This document shows, piece after piece, positions 20,334-33,272 of a DNA stretch of 64,000 nt; the stretch's first letter is position 1; every line of letters begins with the position of its first letter. The translations under genes were made by a program, and so were the position numbers. The stretch is from the NCBI GenBank assembly GCA_965197525.1, contig OZ240211.1, forward strand, positions 1,440,001 to 1,504,000. Reading direction: 5' to 3'. The notes under the pieces were generated by a model that made no database searches, had not been told where the DNA came from, and saw only the letters and a list, made by a program, of their open reading frames with translations. Source of the DNA: Nitrosopumilus sp. GTDB taxonomy: Archaea > Thermoproteota > Nitrososphaeria > Nitrososphaerales > Nitrosopumilaceae.

Positions 20334-23300
20334 ATGAATACATTAAGAATTCATCATACTATGACAGTCATGGCCATTGTGGTAGTGACTGTATCTTTGT
20401 TACTTTTCCAGTACTATGATGTCAGTTTTGCGTCTGCCTATATGACTGACCCTGTGATCACGATAACTTACAGCCCCCCCCTCCACCATACACCTGTAAC
20501 GGTAACTACCTCAGAGATACAGCAGTCGGCAGCCAGTTTTCTGAACCGTGAGTACGGGCGAATCGACGTACTCAACCCGCAGTCCTATCCTGTAGTGGGC
20601 GGGGAGTGGACGATAAACTTTAGGACATACGGTACCCATAACCTAACAATCTCTGTAATAAACGGCACCACGTTTGGGGACTCTTCTCCTGACGACGTGG
20701 GGTTTGTGGGGGTATTGTGCGGCAACGACTCCATACTGGATGCTACAGCACATGATGGGATCATTACGTTTGAGGACTATCAGTGCGACGGCATCGCAAG
20801 CCTCGTGCTATCGGTTCACACCCCTGGCATACACGACATACATCTAAGCTTTGGTGCAGATACTGCGTACGCATCAAACAACGCGTATCCAAACTCCGTA
20901 GTGGAGATAAACAGCTCCACTGCAAACGGTCCCACGCTATCAGACTTTGACCGTTTCGGCTTCTCCGTTACTCCCATAGGCGACCTTGACGGCGACGGGG
21001 TGACAGACCTTGCAGTTGGTGCTGCTCAAGATGACGGCGGCGGATCAGACCGCGGCGCAGTACACATAATGTTTATGAATACAAACGGCACGGTAAACAG
21101 CACAGTAGAGATAAACGACTCCACTACAAACGGTCCCACGCTATCAGACGATGACTTTTTCGGCAGATCCGTTGCTGCCATAGGCGACCTTGACGGCGAC
21201 GGGGTGACAGACCTTGCAGTTGGTGCTGATCGAGATGACAACAGCGGATCAAACCGCGGCGCAGTACACATAATGTTTATGAATGCTGACGGCACGGTAA
21301 ACAGCACAGTAGAGATAAACGACTCCACTGCAAACGGTCCCACGCTATCAGACAATGACCGTTTCGGCGTCTCCGTTACTCCCATAGGCGACCTTGACGG
21401 CGACGGGGTGACAGACCTTGCAGTTGGTGCTAATCGAGATGACGACGGCGGGCTAGACCGCGGCGCAGTACACATAATGTTTATGAATACAAACGGTACG
21501 GTAGACAGCACAGTAGAGATAAACAGCTCCACTGCAAACGGTCCCACGCTATCAAACAGTGACTATTTCGGCTTCTCCGTTGCTGCCATAGGCGACCTTG
21601 ACGGCGACGGGGTGACAGACCTTGCAGTTGGTGCTCATCTAGATAACGGCGGCGGATCAAACCGCGGCGCAGTACACATAATGTTTATGAATACCGACGG
21701 CACGGTAGACAGCACAGTAGAGATAAACGACTCCACTGCAAACGGTCCCACGCTATCAGACGATGACTATTTCGGCGTCTCCGTTACTCCCATAGGCGAC
21801 CTTGACGGCGACGGGGTGACAGACCTTGCAGTTGGTGCTTATCAAGATGACGGCGACGGCGGATCAGACCGCGGCGCAGTACACATAATGTTTATGAATA
21901 CTGACGGCACGGTAGACAGCACAGTAGAGATAAACGACTCCACTGCAAACGGTCCCACGCTATCAAACATTGACTATTTCGGCTTCTCCGTTGCTTCCAT
22001 AGGCGACCTTGACGGCGACGGGGTGACAGACCTTGCAGTTGGTGCTTTTCTAGATGACAACGGCGGATCAGGACGCGGCGCCGTACATATAATCTTCATT
22101 AATGACATGAGAACTGCCGGAAACGGCTCTGTTGACAGCACAGTAGAGATAAACGACTCCACTGCAAACGGTCCCACGCTATCAAACAATGACCGTTTCG
22201 GCGTCTCCGTTACTCCCATAGGCGACCTTGACGGCGACGGGGTGACAGACCTTGCAGTTGGTGCTAGTCGAGATAACGAGCGGCGGACGAGACCACGGCA
22301 CCGTACACATAATGTTTATGAATGCTGACGGTACGGTAAACAGCACAGTAGAGATAAACGACTCCACTGCAAACGGTCCCACGCTATCAAACGATGACTA
22401 TTTCGGCATCTCCGTTGCTTCCATAGGCGACCTTGACGGCGACGGGGTGACAGACCTTGCAGTTGGTGCTTATGGAGATGACGACCGCGGATCAAGCCGC
22501 GGCGCAGTACACATAATGTTTATGAATACAAACGGCACGGTAAACAGCACAGTAGAGATAAACGACTCCACTGCAAACGGTCCCAGGCTATCGAGCAGTG
22601 ACTATTTCGGCTTCTCCGTTGCTTCCATAGGCGACCTTGACGGCGACGGGGTGACAGACCTCGCAGTTGGCGCTTATCAAGACGACGGCGGCGGATCAAA
22701 CCGCGGCGCAGTACACATAATGTTTATGAATATGGACGGCACGGTAGACAGCACAGTAGAGATAAACGACTCCACTGCAAACGGTCCCACGCTATCAAGC
22801 TTTGACAATTTCGGCATCTCCGTTGCTTCCATAGGCGACCTTGACGGCGACGGGGTGACAGACCTCGCAGTTGGCGCTTATCGAGATGACGACGGCGGCG
22901 GATCAGACCGCGGCGCAGTACACATAATGTTTATGAATGCTGACGGCACGGTAGACAGCACAGTAGAGATAAACGACTCCACTGCAAACGGTCCCACGCT
23001 ATCAAGCAATGACCGTTTCGGCGTCTCCGTTACTCCCATAGGCGACCTTGACGGCGACGGGGTGACAGACCTCGCAGTTGGTGCTCATCAAGACGACGAC
23101 GGCGGATCAAACCGCGGCGCAGTACACATAATGTTTATGAATGCTGACGGCACGGTAGACAGCACAGTAGAGATAAACGACTCCACTGCAAACGGTCCCA
23201 CGCTATCAAACAGTGACTATTTCGGCGTCTCCGTTGCTTCCATAGGCGACCTTGACGGCGACGGGGTGACAGACCTTGCAGTTGGTGCTAGTCGAGATAA

Positions 23301-26300
23301 CGACGGCGGACCAGACCGCGGCGCCATCAATGTCATATATCTTGACAAAGAGGTACTGGTCCGTGCCGTATCCTCTACAACCGCAGACGGTACCTACGGA
23401 TCAGGAGATACAGTAGACATTACCATCAAATTCTCAGAACCAGTCACCGTAACTGGGACACCTCAACTCGCACTTGATACCAATCCTTCAAGGCAGGGCA
23501 ACTATTCATCAGGCTCAGGCACTGACACCCTTACCTTCAAGTACGAGGTACAGACTGGAGATACATCTGCAGATCTCCAATATGTTTCAGAGAACCCATT
23601 GATGCTGGTGGAGGGAGTGTCGACTGTTACTGCCCTAAAAAGCCCGAGTGAGGATGCTGTCCCTACACTCCCGGATCCTGTAGTAATGTTTGACTTTAAC
23701 CCTCCAGGCGCATTCGGATCCCTTGGGCAAAACAAAGATATTGTAATTGGTACCACCGCCACCAACCAGCCCCCAACTATCAGCAGCATAACCGGCGACA
23801 CTACAATCAACGAGGGCGCATCAGGCACGCTCACGGGTACTGCCTCCGATTCTGACGGCACCATATCCTCGTACCTGTGGAGCGTGGATGATACGTCTAC
23901 TATCACGATCACGACTGGCGATGCGGCTATCCTGCAATACACTGCATCACAGGTATCCTCGAATACCCAAGTTACATTTACCCTCACTGTTACCGACGAC
24001 GACGGGGCCACGGCATCTGCCACCTACGATGTCACGGTAAACAATGTGCCAGTCCCCAACCAGTCCCCAACTATCAGCAGCATAACCGGCGACACTACAA
24101 TCAACGAGGGCGCATCAGGCACGCTCACGGGTACTGCCTCTGACTCTGATGGTACAATATCCACATACGCGTGGAGCGTGGATGACACATCTGTTATTAC
24201 GATAACGTCCGGTAACGCAGCAACCCTGCAGTACACTGCGTCACAGGTATCCTCAAACACCCAAGTTACATTTACCCTCACTGTTACTGACGACGACGGG
24301 GCCACGGCTTTTGACACCTACGATGTCACGGTAAACAATGTGCCAGTCCCCAACCAGTCCCCAACTATCAGCAGCATAACTGGCGACACTACAATCAACG
24401 AGGGCGCATCAGGCACGCTCACGGGTACTGCCTCTGATTCTGACGGTACAATATCCACATACGCGTGGAGCGTGGATGACACATCTGTTATTACGATAAC
24501 GTCCGGTAACGCAGCAACCCTGCAGTACACTGCGTCACAGGTATCCTCGGACACCCAAGTTACATTTACCCTCACTGTTACCGACGACGACGGGGCCACG
24601 GCTTTTGACACCTACGATGTCACGGTAAACAATGTGCCAGTCCCCAACCAGTCCCCAACTATCAGCAGCATAACTGGCGACACTACAATCAACGAGGGCG
24701 CATCAGGCACGCTCACGGGTACTGCCTCTGATTCTGACGGCACCATATCCTCGTACCTGTGGAGCGTGGATGACACATCTGTTATTACGATAACGTCCGG
24801 TAACGCAGCAACCCTGCAGTACACTGCGTCACAGGTATCATCTGACACCCAAGTTACATTTACCCTCACTGTTACTGACGACGACGGGGCCACGGCTTTT
24901 GACACCTATGACGTCACGGTAACCGATGTGCCAGTTCCCACGGTAACAGACACCACTCCGCCCCGCGTTGCCTTTATTGTTGACAGGACAGTAGAGATAA
25001 ACGACTCCACTGCAAACGGTCCCACGCTATCAAACAGTGACCGTTTCGGCGTCTCCGTTACTCCCATAGGCGACCTTGACGGCGACGGGGTGACAGACCT
25101 TGCAGTTGGTGCTGCTCGAGACGACGACGGCGGACTAGACCGCGGCGCAGTACACATAATGTTTATGAATACAAACGGCACGATAAACAGCACAGTAGAG
25201 ATAAACGACTCCACTGCAAACGGTCCCACGCTATCAAGCAATGACCGTTTCGGCGCCTCCGTTACTCCCATAGGCGACCTTGACGGCGACGGGGTGACAG
25301 ACCTTGCAGTTGGTGCTTATCAAGATAACGGCGACGGCGGATCAGACCGCGGCGCAGTACACATAATGTTTATGAATACTGACGGCACGATAAACAGCAC
25401 AGTAGAGATAAACAACTCCACTGCAAACGGTCCCAGGCTATCAGACGATGACAATTTCGGCAGATCCGTTGCTTCCATAGGCGACCTTGACGGCGACGGG
25501 GTGACAGACCTCGCAGTTGGTGCTTATCAAGATGACGGCGACGGCGGATCAGACCGCGGCGCAGTACACATAATGTTTATGAATACTGACGGTACGGTAG
25601 ACAGCACAGTAGAGATAAACGACTCCACTGCAAACGGTCCCACGCTATCAAGCAATGACCGTTTCGGCGCCTCCGTTACTCCCATAGGCGACCTTGACGG
25701 CGACGGGGTGACAGACCTCGCAGTTGGTGCTCAGGGAGATGACGACGGCGGATCAGACCGCGGCGCAGTACACATAATGTTTATGAATACTGACGGTACG
25801 GTAGACAGCACAGTAGAGATAAACAGCTCCACTGCAAACGGTCCCACGCTATCAAACAATGACAATTTCGGCAGATCCGTTGCTTCCATAGGCGACTTTG
25901 ACGGCGACGGGGTGACAGACCTCGCAGTTGGTGCTTATCAAGATGATAACGGCGGATCAGACCGCGGCGCAGTACACATAATGTTTATGAATACTGACGG
26001 CACGGTAGACAGCACAGTAGAGATAAACGACTCCACTGCAAACGGTCCCACGCTATCAGACAGTGACAAGTTCGGCGCCTCCGTTGCTTCCATAGGCGAC
26101 CTTGACGGCGACGGGGTGACAGACCTTGCAGTTGGTGCTTATCGAGATGACGACGGCGGGCGAGACCGCGGCGCCATCAATGTCATATATCTTGACAAGG
26201 AAGTAGAGCAAAACAAAGATATTGATCCCACCGCCCCCACGGTAACAGACACCACTCCGCCCCGCGTTGCCTCCATACTGCGTGGTACCCCTCTAGCTCA

Positions 26301-29300
26301 ATCCACAACTGATACCACCTTGGTGTTTGCTGTCACGTTTGATGAACCGGTAACCAACGTGGATGCTGCCGATTTTACAGTAACGGGCACCGGCACCGGC
26401 ACAATATCTGGCGTATCAGGTTCCGGTGCATCATACCGGGTAACAGTCGCAGTAGATAATGTTGGAACCATCGGCTTGGATATCGCACAAAACCACGACA
26501 TACAGGATACCGCAACCAACCGTTTGGCCAACCTGGCACCTACCGGCTCTGATCAGACCTACACAGTCACGGTAACAGACACCACTCCGCCCCGCGTTGC
26601 CTTCATTGTTGACAGGACAGTAGAGATAAACGACTCCACTGCAAACGGTCCCACGCTATCAGACTTTGACCGTTTCGGCGTCTCCGTTACTCCCATAGGC
26701 GACCTTGACGGCGACGGGGTGACAGACCTCGCAGTTGGTGCTAGTCGAGATGACGACGGCGGATCAGACCGCGGCGCAGTACACATAATGTTTATGAATG
26801 CTGACGGTACGGTAGACAGCACAGTAGAGATAAACAACTCCACTGCAAACGGTCCCACGCTATCAGACGATGACTATTTCGGCGCCTCCGTTGCTTCCAT
26901 AGGCGACCTTGACGGCGACGGGGTGACAGACCTTGCAGTTGGTGCTCATCGAGATGACGACGGCGGATCAGACCGCGGCGCAGTACACATAATGTTTATG
27001 AATGCTGACGGCACGATAAACAGCACAGTAGAGATAAACGACTCCACTGCAAACGGTCCCACGCTATCAAACAATGACCGTTTCGGCGTCTCCGTTGCTT
27101 CCATAGGCGACCTTGACGGCGACGGGGTGACAGACCTCGCAGTTGGTGCTTATCAAGATGACAACGGCGGAGAAGACCGCGGCGCAGTACACATAATGTT
27201 TATGAATGCTGACGGCACGATAAACAGCACAGTAGAGATAAACGACTCCACTGCAAACGGTCCCACGCTATCAGACGATGACTTTTTCGGCGCCTCCGTT
27301 ACTCCCATAGGCGACCTTGACGGCGACGGGGTGACAGACCTTGCAGTTGGTGCTCATCGAGATGACGACGGCGGATCAGACCGCGGCGCAGTACACATAA
27401 TGTTTATGAATACTGACGGCACGGTAGACAGCACAGTAGAGATAAACGACTCCACTGCAAACGGTCCCACGCTATCAAACAATGACAATTTCGGCAGATC
27501 CGTTGCTTCCATAGGCGACTTTGACGGCGACGGGGTGACAGACCTTGCAGTTGGCGCTCATGGAGACGACGACGGCGGATCAGACCGCGGCGCCGTACAC
27601 ATAATGTTTATGAATGCTGACGGCACGGTAGACAGCACAGTAGAGATAAACGACTCCACTACAAACGGTCCCACGCTATCAGACGATGACTTTTTCGGCG
27701 CCTCCGTTGCTTCCATAGGCGACCTTGACGGCGACGGGGTGACAGACCTCGCAGTTGGCGCTTATGGAGACGACGAGGGCGGATCAAGCCGCGGCGCCAT
27801 CAATGTCATATATCTTGACAAGGAAGTAGAGCAAAACAAAGATATTGATCCCACCGCCCCCACGGTAACAGACACCACTCCGCCCCGCGTTGCCTCCATA
27901 CTGCGTGGTACCCCTCTAGCTCAATCCACAACTGATACCACCTTGGTGTTTGCTGTCACGTTTGATGAGCCGGTAACCAACGTGGATGATGCTGACTTTA
28001 CAGTAACAGGCACCGGCACAATATCTGGCGTATCAGGTTCCGGTGCATCATACCGGGTAACAGTCACAGTAACCGCTAGTGGAACCATCGGCTTGGATAT
28101 CGCACAAAACCACGACATACAGGATGCTGCAACCAACGGTCTGACTGACCTGACAGTGATCGGCTCTAATGAGACCTACACAGTCAACCGGTTACCCGTA
28201 CTGAATAATATCTCACCGCAGACTGGAGATGAGCTTACACTCCTCACATTCACTGCTGAAGCAACTGATCCTGATGATAACGATGCCCGGACATACTCCC
28301 TTATCGAGCCGATACCTGACGGTGCCGCGATGGATACCAACACCGGAGTGTTCTCATGGACGCCAACTGAGGAACAGGATGGCCGTCACACCATAACCGT
28401 ACAGGTCTCTGATGGTAACGGAGGCACAGACTCGCAAAACGTCACAATAACTGTAACTGAGGTAAATCAGAATCCACGACTTGATCCCATAGGTGCACAG
28501 ACCATAGATGAGACAGACACGCTTAGGTTTACTGCAACAGCCCATGACGTCGACATATATCAAGGCTCTCCTAACTCTTTGAGATTCTCACTTGACGGGG
28601 ACATGCCACGTGGTGCATCAATCACCCGGGAAGGCTCGTTCTCTTGGAGGCCTGACCAGTCCCAGGACGGCGTACACTCCATTAATGTGACCGTCTCGGA
28701 TGGTAACGGTGGCACAGCATCTGAACTGGTATCAGTTACAGTAAATGACATAGCTCCACGTCTTGTATCTGTACGGGGCTCTGGCTCTTCTATAACGCTG
28801 ACATTCTCTGAGCCAGTCAAAATCAATGGAGCAGGCCTCAACGGATTTACAGTATCCTCTTCTTCTGGTAGTACAGTCACAGTGGAATCCATCACCGGAA
28901 ATGGCACAAACACCCTTACGTTACTACTTGACGGTTCACTGTCTCGTGGGGACACGCTCTCATACGACAGCGGTACAGGCGATGTTGTAGACGAGTCAGG
29001 CAAACCTTTGGAATCATTTGTTGATGCGGCCATACTGCTCAAGTCCAAAAAGTCAGGTACCGCACCACCGCCATCTGTGGATACACTTGAGATAAACGGC
29101 CAGAGTTACAATGTTCAAAACAGGGTAAACCATCATGCCACGCCGCTGGAGGTTGCAGTAGACCAACAACCCATATCCATGAGTTTTACGGCACACGACA
29201 GACTTGACATACTCTACTTTGCAGTATACCTGAACCTGCAAGATGATGACATATCATACACGAACAGTGATACATACGTGGAATACAACAGAGGCCAAAC

Positions 29301-29859
29301 CAACATAGTTGATCCTCATAACCTGTTCTCAGATGCCTCCATCACTATATCAACTGACCCTGATGATCGCAATAAAAAGACAGTCGCACTTGATATCACG
29401 TTTGCAGATGCGATAGGGAATACCAACATGGTAATCAGAACTTGGAACGCAGACCGTCAGTCTTCAATAGTCATAATAGTTGATGCGCTAAACATCATAC
29501 CCTCAAAAGTAGATCCAGAGCCCCAGGCAACAACGGAGGCAGACCCAGAGCCCCAAGTAGCAGAGGCGAACCCAGAACCCCGGTCACCTGCTGCAGTACC
29601 TGATAATCCAGAACCTGTGATTGAAACTTTTGATGATGACTCAGACTATGACCGTGCATTGCTTGTACTGCGCATGTGGTCTGGATTTGAGTCTGAGGTG
29701 GCAGACGACGGCCAACTGTTAGATGTCATGGGCCTGACTCACATGGGAGCAGACATACCTGCCTGGGTCATGACTGATCTTGCACCACTAGTGGTAAAAG
29801 GACTGATAACCCTAGATGAGTTCAGGGTTGCGTTACAGTACGTGATGGGGAATACCTGA
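20334..29859 (+). CDS. Giant multidomain surface protein/adhesin (about 3174 aa if repaired), interrupted by one extra base at 22280
   Basis: Signal-like N-terminus; 24 FG-GAP repeats (FGxSV..IGDLDGDGVTDLAVGA); 4 PKD/Ig-like repeats; 2 Ig-like TTPPRVAS domains; 2 cadherin-like domains; SwmB-like segment; C-terminal IPAWVM..GLITLDEFRVALQYV thaumarchaeal anchor-like motif. ORF pieces 20334-22328 and 22252-29859 join at GATAACGAGCGGC versus the normal GATAACGACGGC. Confidence 0.9.
20892..23355 (+). repeat. FG-GAP tandem array 1: 12 units of 204-207 nt
   Basis: 68-aa unit; unit 2 starts 21096 and unit 3 starts 21300 (period 204); unit 6 has a divergent end (HIIFINDMRTAGNGSV). Confidence 0.95.
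23764..24939 (+). repeat. Four tandem 294-nt (98-aa) PKD/Ig-like repeats
   Basis: Units start 23764, 24058, 24352 and 24646; NQxPTISSITGDTTINEG..TLTVTDDDGA. Confidence 0.95.
24985..26205 (+). repeat. FG-GAP tandem array 2: 6 units
   Basis: Same 204-207 nt unit; ends GAINVIYLDKEV. Confidence 0.95.
26614..27828 (+). repeat. FG-GAP tandem array 3: 6 units
   Basis: Same unit; part of a roughly 1.63-kb higher-order duplication with array 2. Confidence 0.95.
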
Positions 29860-29929
29860 AGAAGCATCTAGTTTTTCAGATACTATTTTAAAAAATCTCA
29901 TTGATGATTCTTTTTTTACATTTACAAGC

Positions 29930-30985
29930 GGCGTTGTCCAAATTTTTGATTCAAAATCAGCGAAAAGCTCAAAGATCAGATCGCACGCCGCTTGATGAAC
30001 AAAAAACGTGATACAAACACGAAACACAGCAAAAACAAGAAACGATGCAAAAGCAAGTCCCAACGACAAGAAATGGGAACGCCCCGCCGGATACTACAAG
30101 GAATACGAGACATGGAGGAGTGGGGGGAGGGAGGGAGGGAGAGAGAGGGCCACGTAACTAGATTGCAAATCAAGGCCCTCACTGCCCTGTTGTATGAAAT
30201 CTACCCATCTGCCACCCCCCTGGCAAGGTGCGTATGATCCCATACATGGTATGCCTTACAGACCGGGAGTTCTGCTGCTGCCATTCATACCGTCAACATG
30301 TCTCATACCTGCAGACACATCAGGGAACACTGCACATGTATGGATTAAAAACCGCTCCATCAAAATCCTGCCTGCGCCACGCAGCCACCGTAATCGCAGA
30401 TTATGGGTGGCTGCACAAAGTAATGGAATGGCAGGCAGAATCCCACGCGCGCGGTTCCCTCTGGGCGACTCCACGGGGGTTGCCATAAACCAATACGCAG
30501 ACTGGGAAGAAGACGCCAAGAGGAGGACTTGTCTTCAGGCGCGAATTCGTCAAATTATACGTGATCGTCGATTCCAAGGGAAGAAAGATCGTCTCCTGTG
30601 CAGTCACCAAAGGATACGCGCACGACTCTCCCATATTCTGAGAGAGATTCGAGAATGTTCCAGACGGCACCGGATGCGCGATGCTTGATGCAGGATATGA
30701 CGCACACAAGAACTACAAGATGATCCGTGACTCGGACAGAAGACCCGTCATCTGCACCTGCAAGAACCACGTCGCAAGGGGATTCAGTCCTAGGGCAGAG
30801 ATGATCAGATGGCAGGAGAATAACCCCGAAGAGTTTGAAGACGTGCCACCAGTGCAGCATAATAGTCCGTGTTCTCGTCGTTCAAGTCATGTTCACTGCA
30901 ATGATTTGCGCAAAGACACTGCGGGTCCAAAGGCCGCTGCTCAGGCGCGTCTGCTACAACGTGCTGTCGTGATGGAATGACGCAA
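29930..30985 (+). mobile_element. IS5-family (DDE_Tnp_1-like) transposase pseudogene
   Basis: Fragments across frames: GDSTGVAINQY, VKLYVIVD, GYAHDSP, MLDAGYDAHKNY and a degenerate YHQ.S..V.SSFK; many frameshifts; boundaries approximate. Confidence 0.75.
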
Positions 30986-31111
30986 AAATGGTAAGCGTTC
31001 ACGTCATTTAGGCGTTTAAATCATGAAAATTAGTTTGTTGCATCTCTATGTCAAATTTGATGTAGGTTATTTTGTGTATTACCAAATTTTTGTAACTAAT
31101 CTTACTAAATA

Positions 31112-31396
31112 GTAGTTTTTTGGAAGGCAAATATGATAAAGTCAACGATCAAGGCGACAGTCAGAAATGGCCAAAAACTCAGATCTGAGAAGAGAAAATG
31201 CAGAATTGAAAAGCGCGCTTGCGAATGTCAGACGAGAAATGGTAGAATTTAAGATAAAGTTTATAGATCAGTTAACCCAAATGTCTCCATATTCTAAGGC
31301 CAGATCGCGTCAGGTGGAGGCTCTGGCGGAATTATCATCTCGTTACCGTTCTATCCAATGCTATTTTGATCATCCCCTGCGTGATTATCGGTTTTT
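31112..31396 (+). mobile_element. Probable IS66-like left-end remnant with coiled-coil ORF fragment
   Basis: GTAGTTTTTTGG at 31112 resembles the inner part of the IS66-like IR; ORF 31167-31400 (DLRRENAELKSAL) is coiled-coil-like and is cut by the ISH3 pseudogene. Confidence 0.45.
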
Positions 31397-32507
31397 TTAG
31401 GCGTAGCCAACCATGCATGATCGCCATAAGAGCGTGTTGATCATCACCCACGCATTATAAAACAACAGAGAATACACAAAACAGAACATTCTGGCAGCAG
31501 AATTCTTGCTTTTGGTTTTGGCTCTAATATTTTCTAACATTCTGTAGCCGGTCTCTATGCCCCATCTGCTGGCATAGATCTCAACGTCTACACTGGGTTG
31601 ATTAGTAGCAAAATCCGATGTATCTCTCCTCCGGCCGGAGCTCGCGATTCTTGATCTTTTTTCTCTTCTTTCTTGTCACTATGATCATATGGTATACAGC
31701 TACTGTACCATCATATCCTGCGATCTCAACTTTGGATTCTGCAGGACCGTTCTCTTTATCGAATTTTCTTATACATCGTACCACAGTATCCGTATTCTTG
31801 CATGGTGTGATGTATAATACAACCCCATCTTGTCAATCATGTCTAGAATTTTGGCGTTGAAGAATTCGCGATCAAGTAAGACATATCTGATCTTGACTCC
31901 AATATTTTGGCATGAAACGAGGATTTTACGCACGAAATTGTCTATGGATTCAAGTGCAGGCATGTGATACGCACATAGATTCAGTCTGATTCCCGAAGTG
32001 ACTGATTGTGCAGTTACGTATCTCTCATAGTATCCTGCGTGCCCCTTGTCTTTTGTATGTATTAGATCGCCAGTTGATTTCTTGTCGTGCCTGAGTATCT
32101 TGTGCATATCTATCGCTATATCTATGCCTTTGTCAGGAATCCACCTGTTTTTGTCCAATACTGCAATCCGAGTTCTAACCGTATCTTCAAGGCATTTCTC
32201 AATCTCATTTTTACTCATCTTGGCAAGTATCAGTCTGTTCCATTCGCCCGTGGGATAATGCCTTGTTCCCTTTGGCCTGCAGTGGTCATCACCTACAAAA
32301 CGTGTATCGCCTGCCTTTCCACTTAACAGATGCATCATTCAGAGTACCATTCATCACACAGGTAATAAAATGCGTGATATCATATGTGGCGTTGGCAGCC
32401 TTGGATATGTGGACACAGGGTTCCACTTGTGTTTGGATCTCAGAAATGGTATCTTGAAATAGGCGTATGTTATTTTTAATATTGCGCTTCAGGTGGTTTG
32501 TGTTCAC
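31397..32507 (-). mobile_element. ISH3-family (IS4 superfamily) transposase pseudogene
   Basis: IAIDMHK, VLLDREFF, PEERYIGFATN and YASRWGIETGY motifs spread over several frames. Confidence 0.85.
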
Positions 32508-32805
32508 TATGCAATATCATTTGAAGCGTCTTATAGCTTTTACGATTTATAGTGTTTAAAACGGGCAAATTTGAGACATTTGGGTTAACTGAAATATGAT
32601 GACCATGCTTACATTTAAGATACAGGTGGAATCACATCTGATGCGCGAGCCCAAACCGCCTACCTGATGTCAGATTTGGAGTACATTTCGCTTAGCTGAT
32701 TTTTCTTACAAACTCATCTGGCATGAGATATTCTAACGTCAAATGGACTCTGTCATGCAGTTTTTAACTTTGTCTAATAATTTCTCTATTCAAAGTTTTA
32801 GTAAT

Positions 32806-33195
32806 CTATTCTTCTTTATCTTCATCTGATTTACTATCAACAAATTTTGACTGCGCCTTTAAACTAATTGCTAGCTCTCTGAAAATTTCGTTTACGCTGA
32901 CATCAACTAAATTTATTGTAGCATTTTCTTTTACAATCTGTTTTTCAAACTTTTCTTTAATTGCAAAAGATACTGAAGACCAATGCAAAACTCCTCTTAA
33001 TTGTTCATCAACAGTTGAATTGGTTACTGGAAAATTCGCTGGCGAAAAAACAACCCCATTTGTCCATTGCATAGTGGGAATTCCTCCACCTGATGATCTT
33101 GTACTAAATGCTATCTGTTTTACCCAATCTTCAAATTTGTATTCAATTACTTCATGAATAATTAATTTTTTCCACGGCTCTATAGAAATTTCCAT
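32806..33195 (-). CDS. Conserved hypothetical protein
   Basis: 129-aa ORF (PWKKLIIHEV, LHWSSVSFA). Confidence 0.75.
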   Translation of the reverse strand: MEISIEPWKKLIIHEVIEYKFEDWVKQIAFSTRSSGGGIPTMQWTNGVVFSPANFPVTNSTVDEQLRGVLHWSSVSFAIKEKFEKQIVKENATINLVDVSVNEIFRELAISLKAQSKFVDSKSDEDKEE

Positions 33196-33272
33196 CTGTT
33201 TTTATTGATGTTATGCCCATTTAACCTTATTTTTTATCCTGATTCCTAAAATTGATTTTTGTATGGTATCAG

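Noticed and set aside
20892-27828. CRISPR array or canonical DGR variable/template repeats
   Set aside because: Units are 204-207 nt in-frame coding repeats without unique spacers. No reverse transcriptase or non-coding template is in the window, and silent third-position adenines are largely invariant.
21026-29241. Many minus-strand ORFs over the giant gene
   Set aside because: Antisense shadows of GC-rich coding repeats; they repeat with the same period and have no independent motifs.
30991-31005. GTAAGCGTTCAC resembling a classical IS66 terminus
   Set aside because: No partner end or TSD found, and it differs from the IS66-like IR family seen four times in this window.
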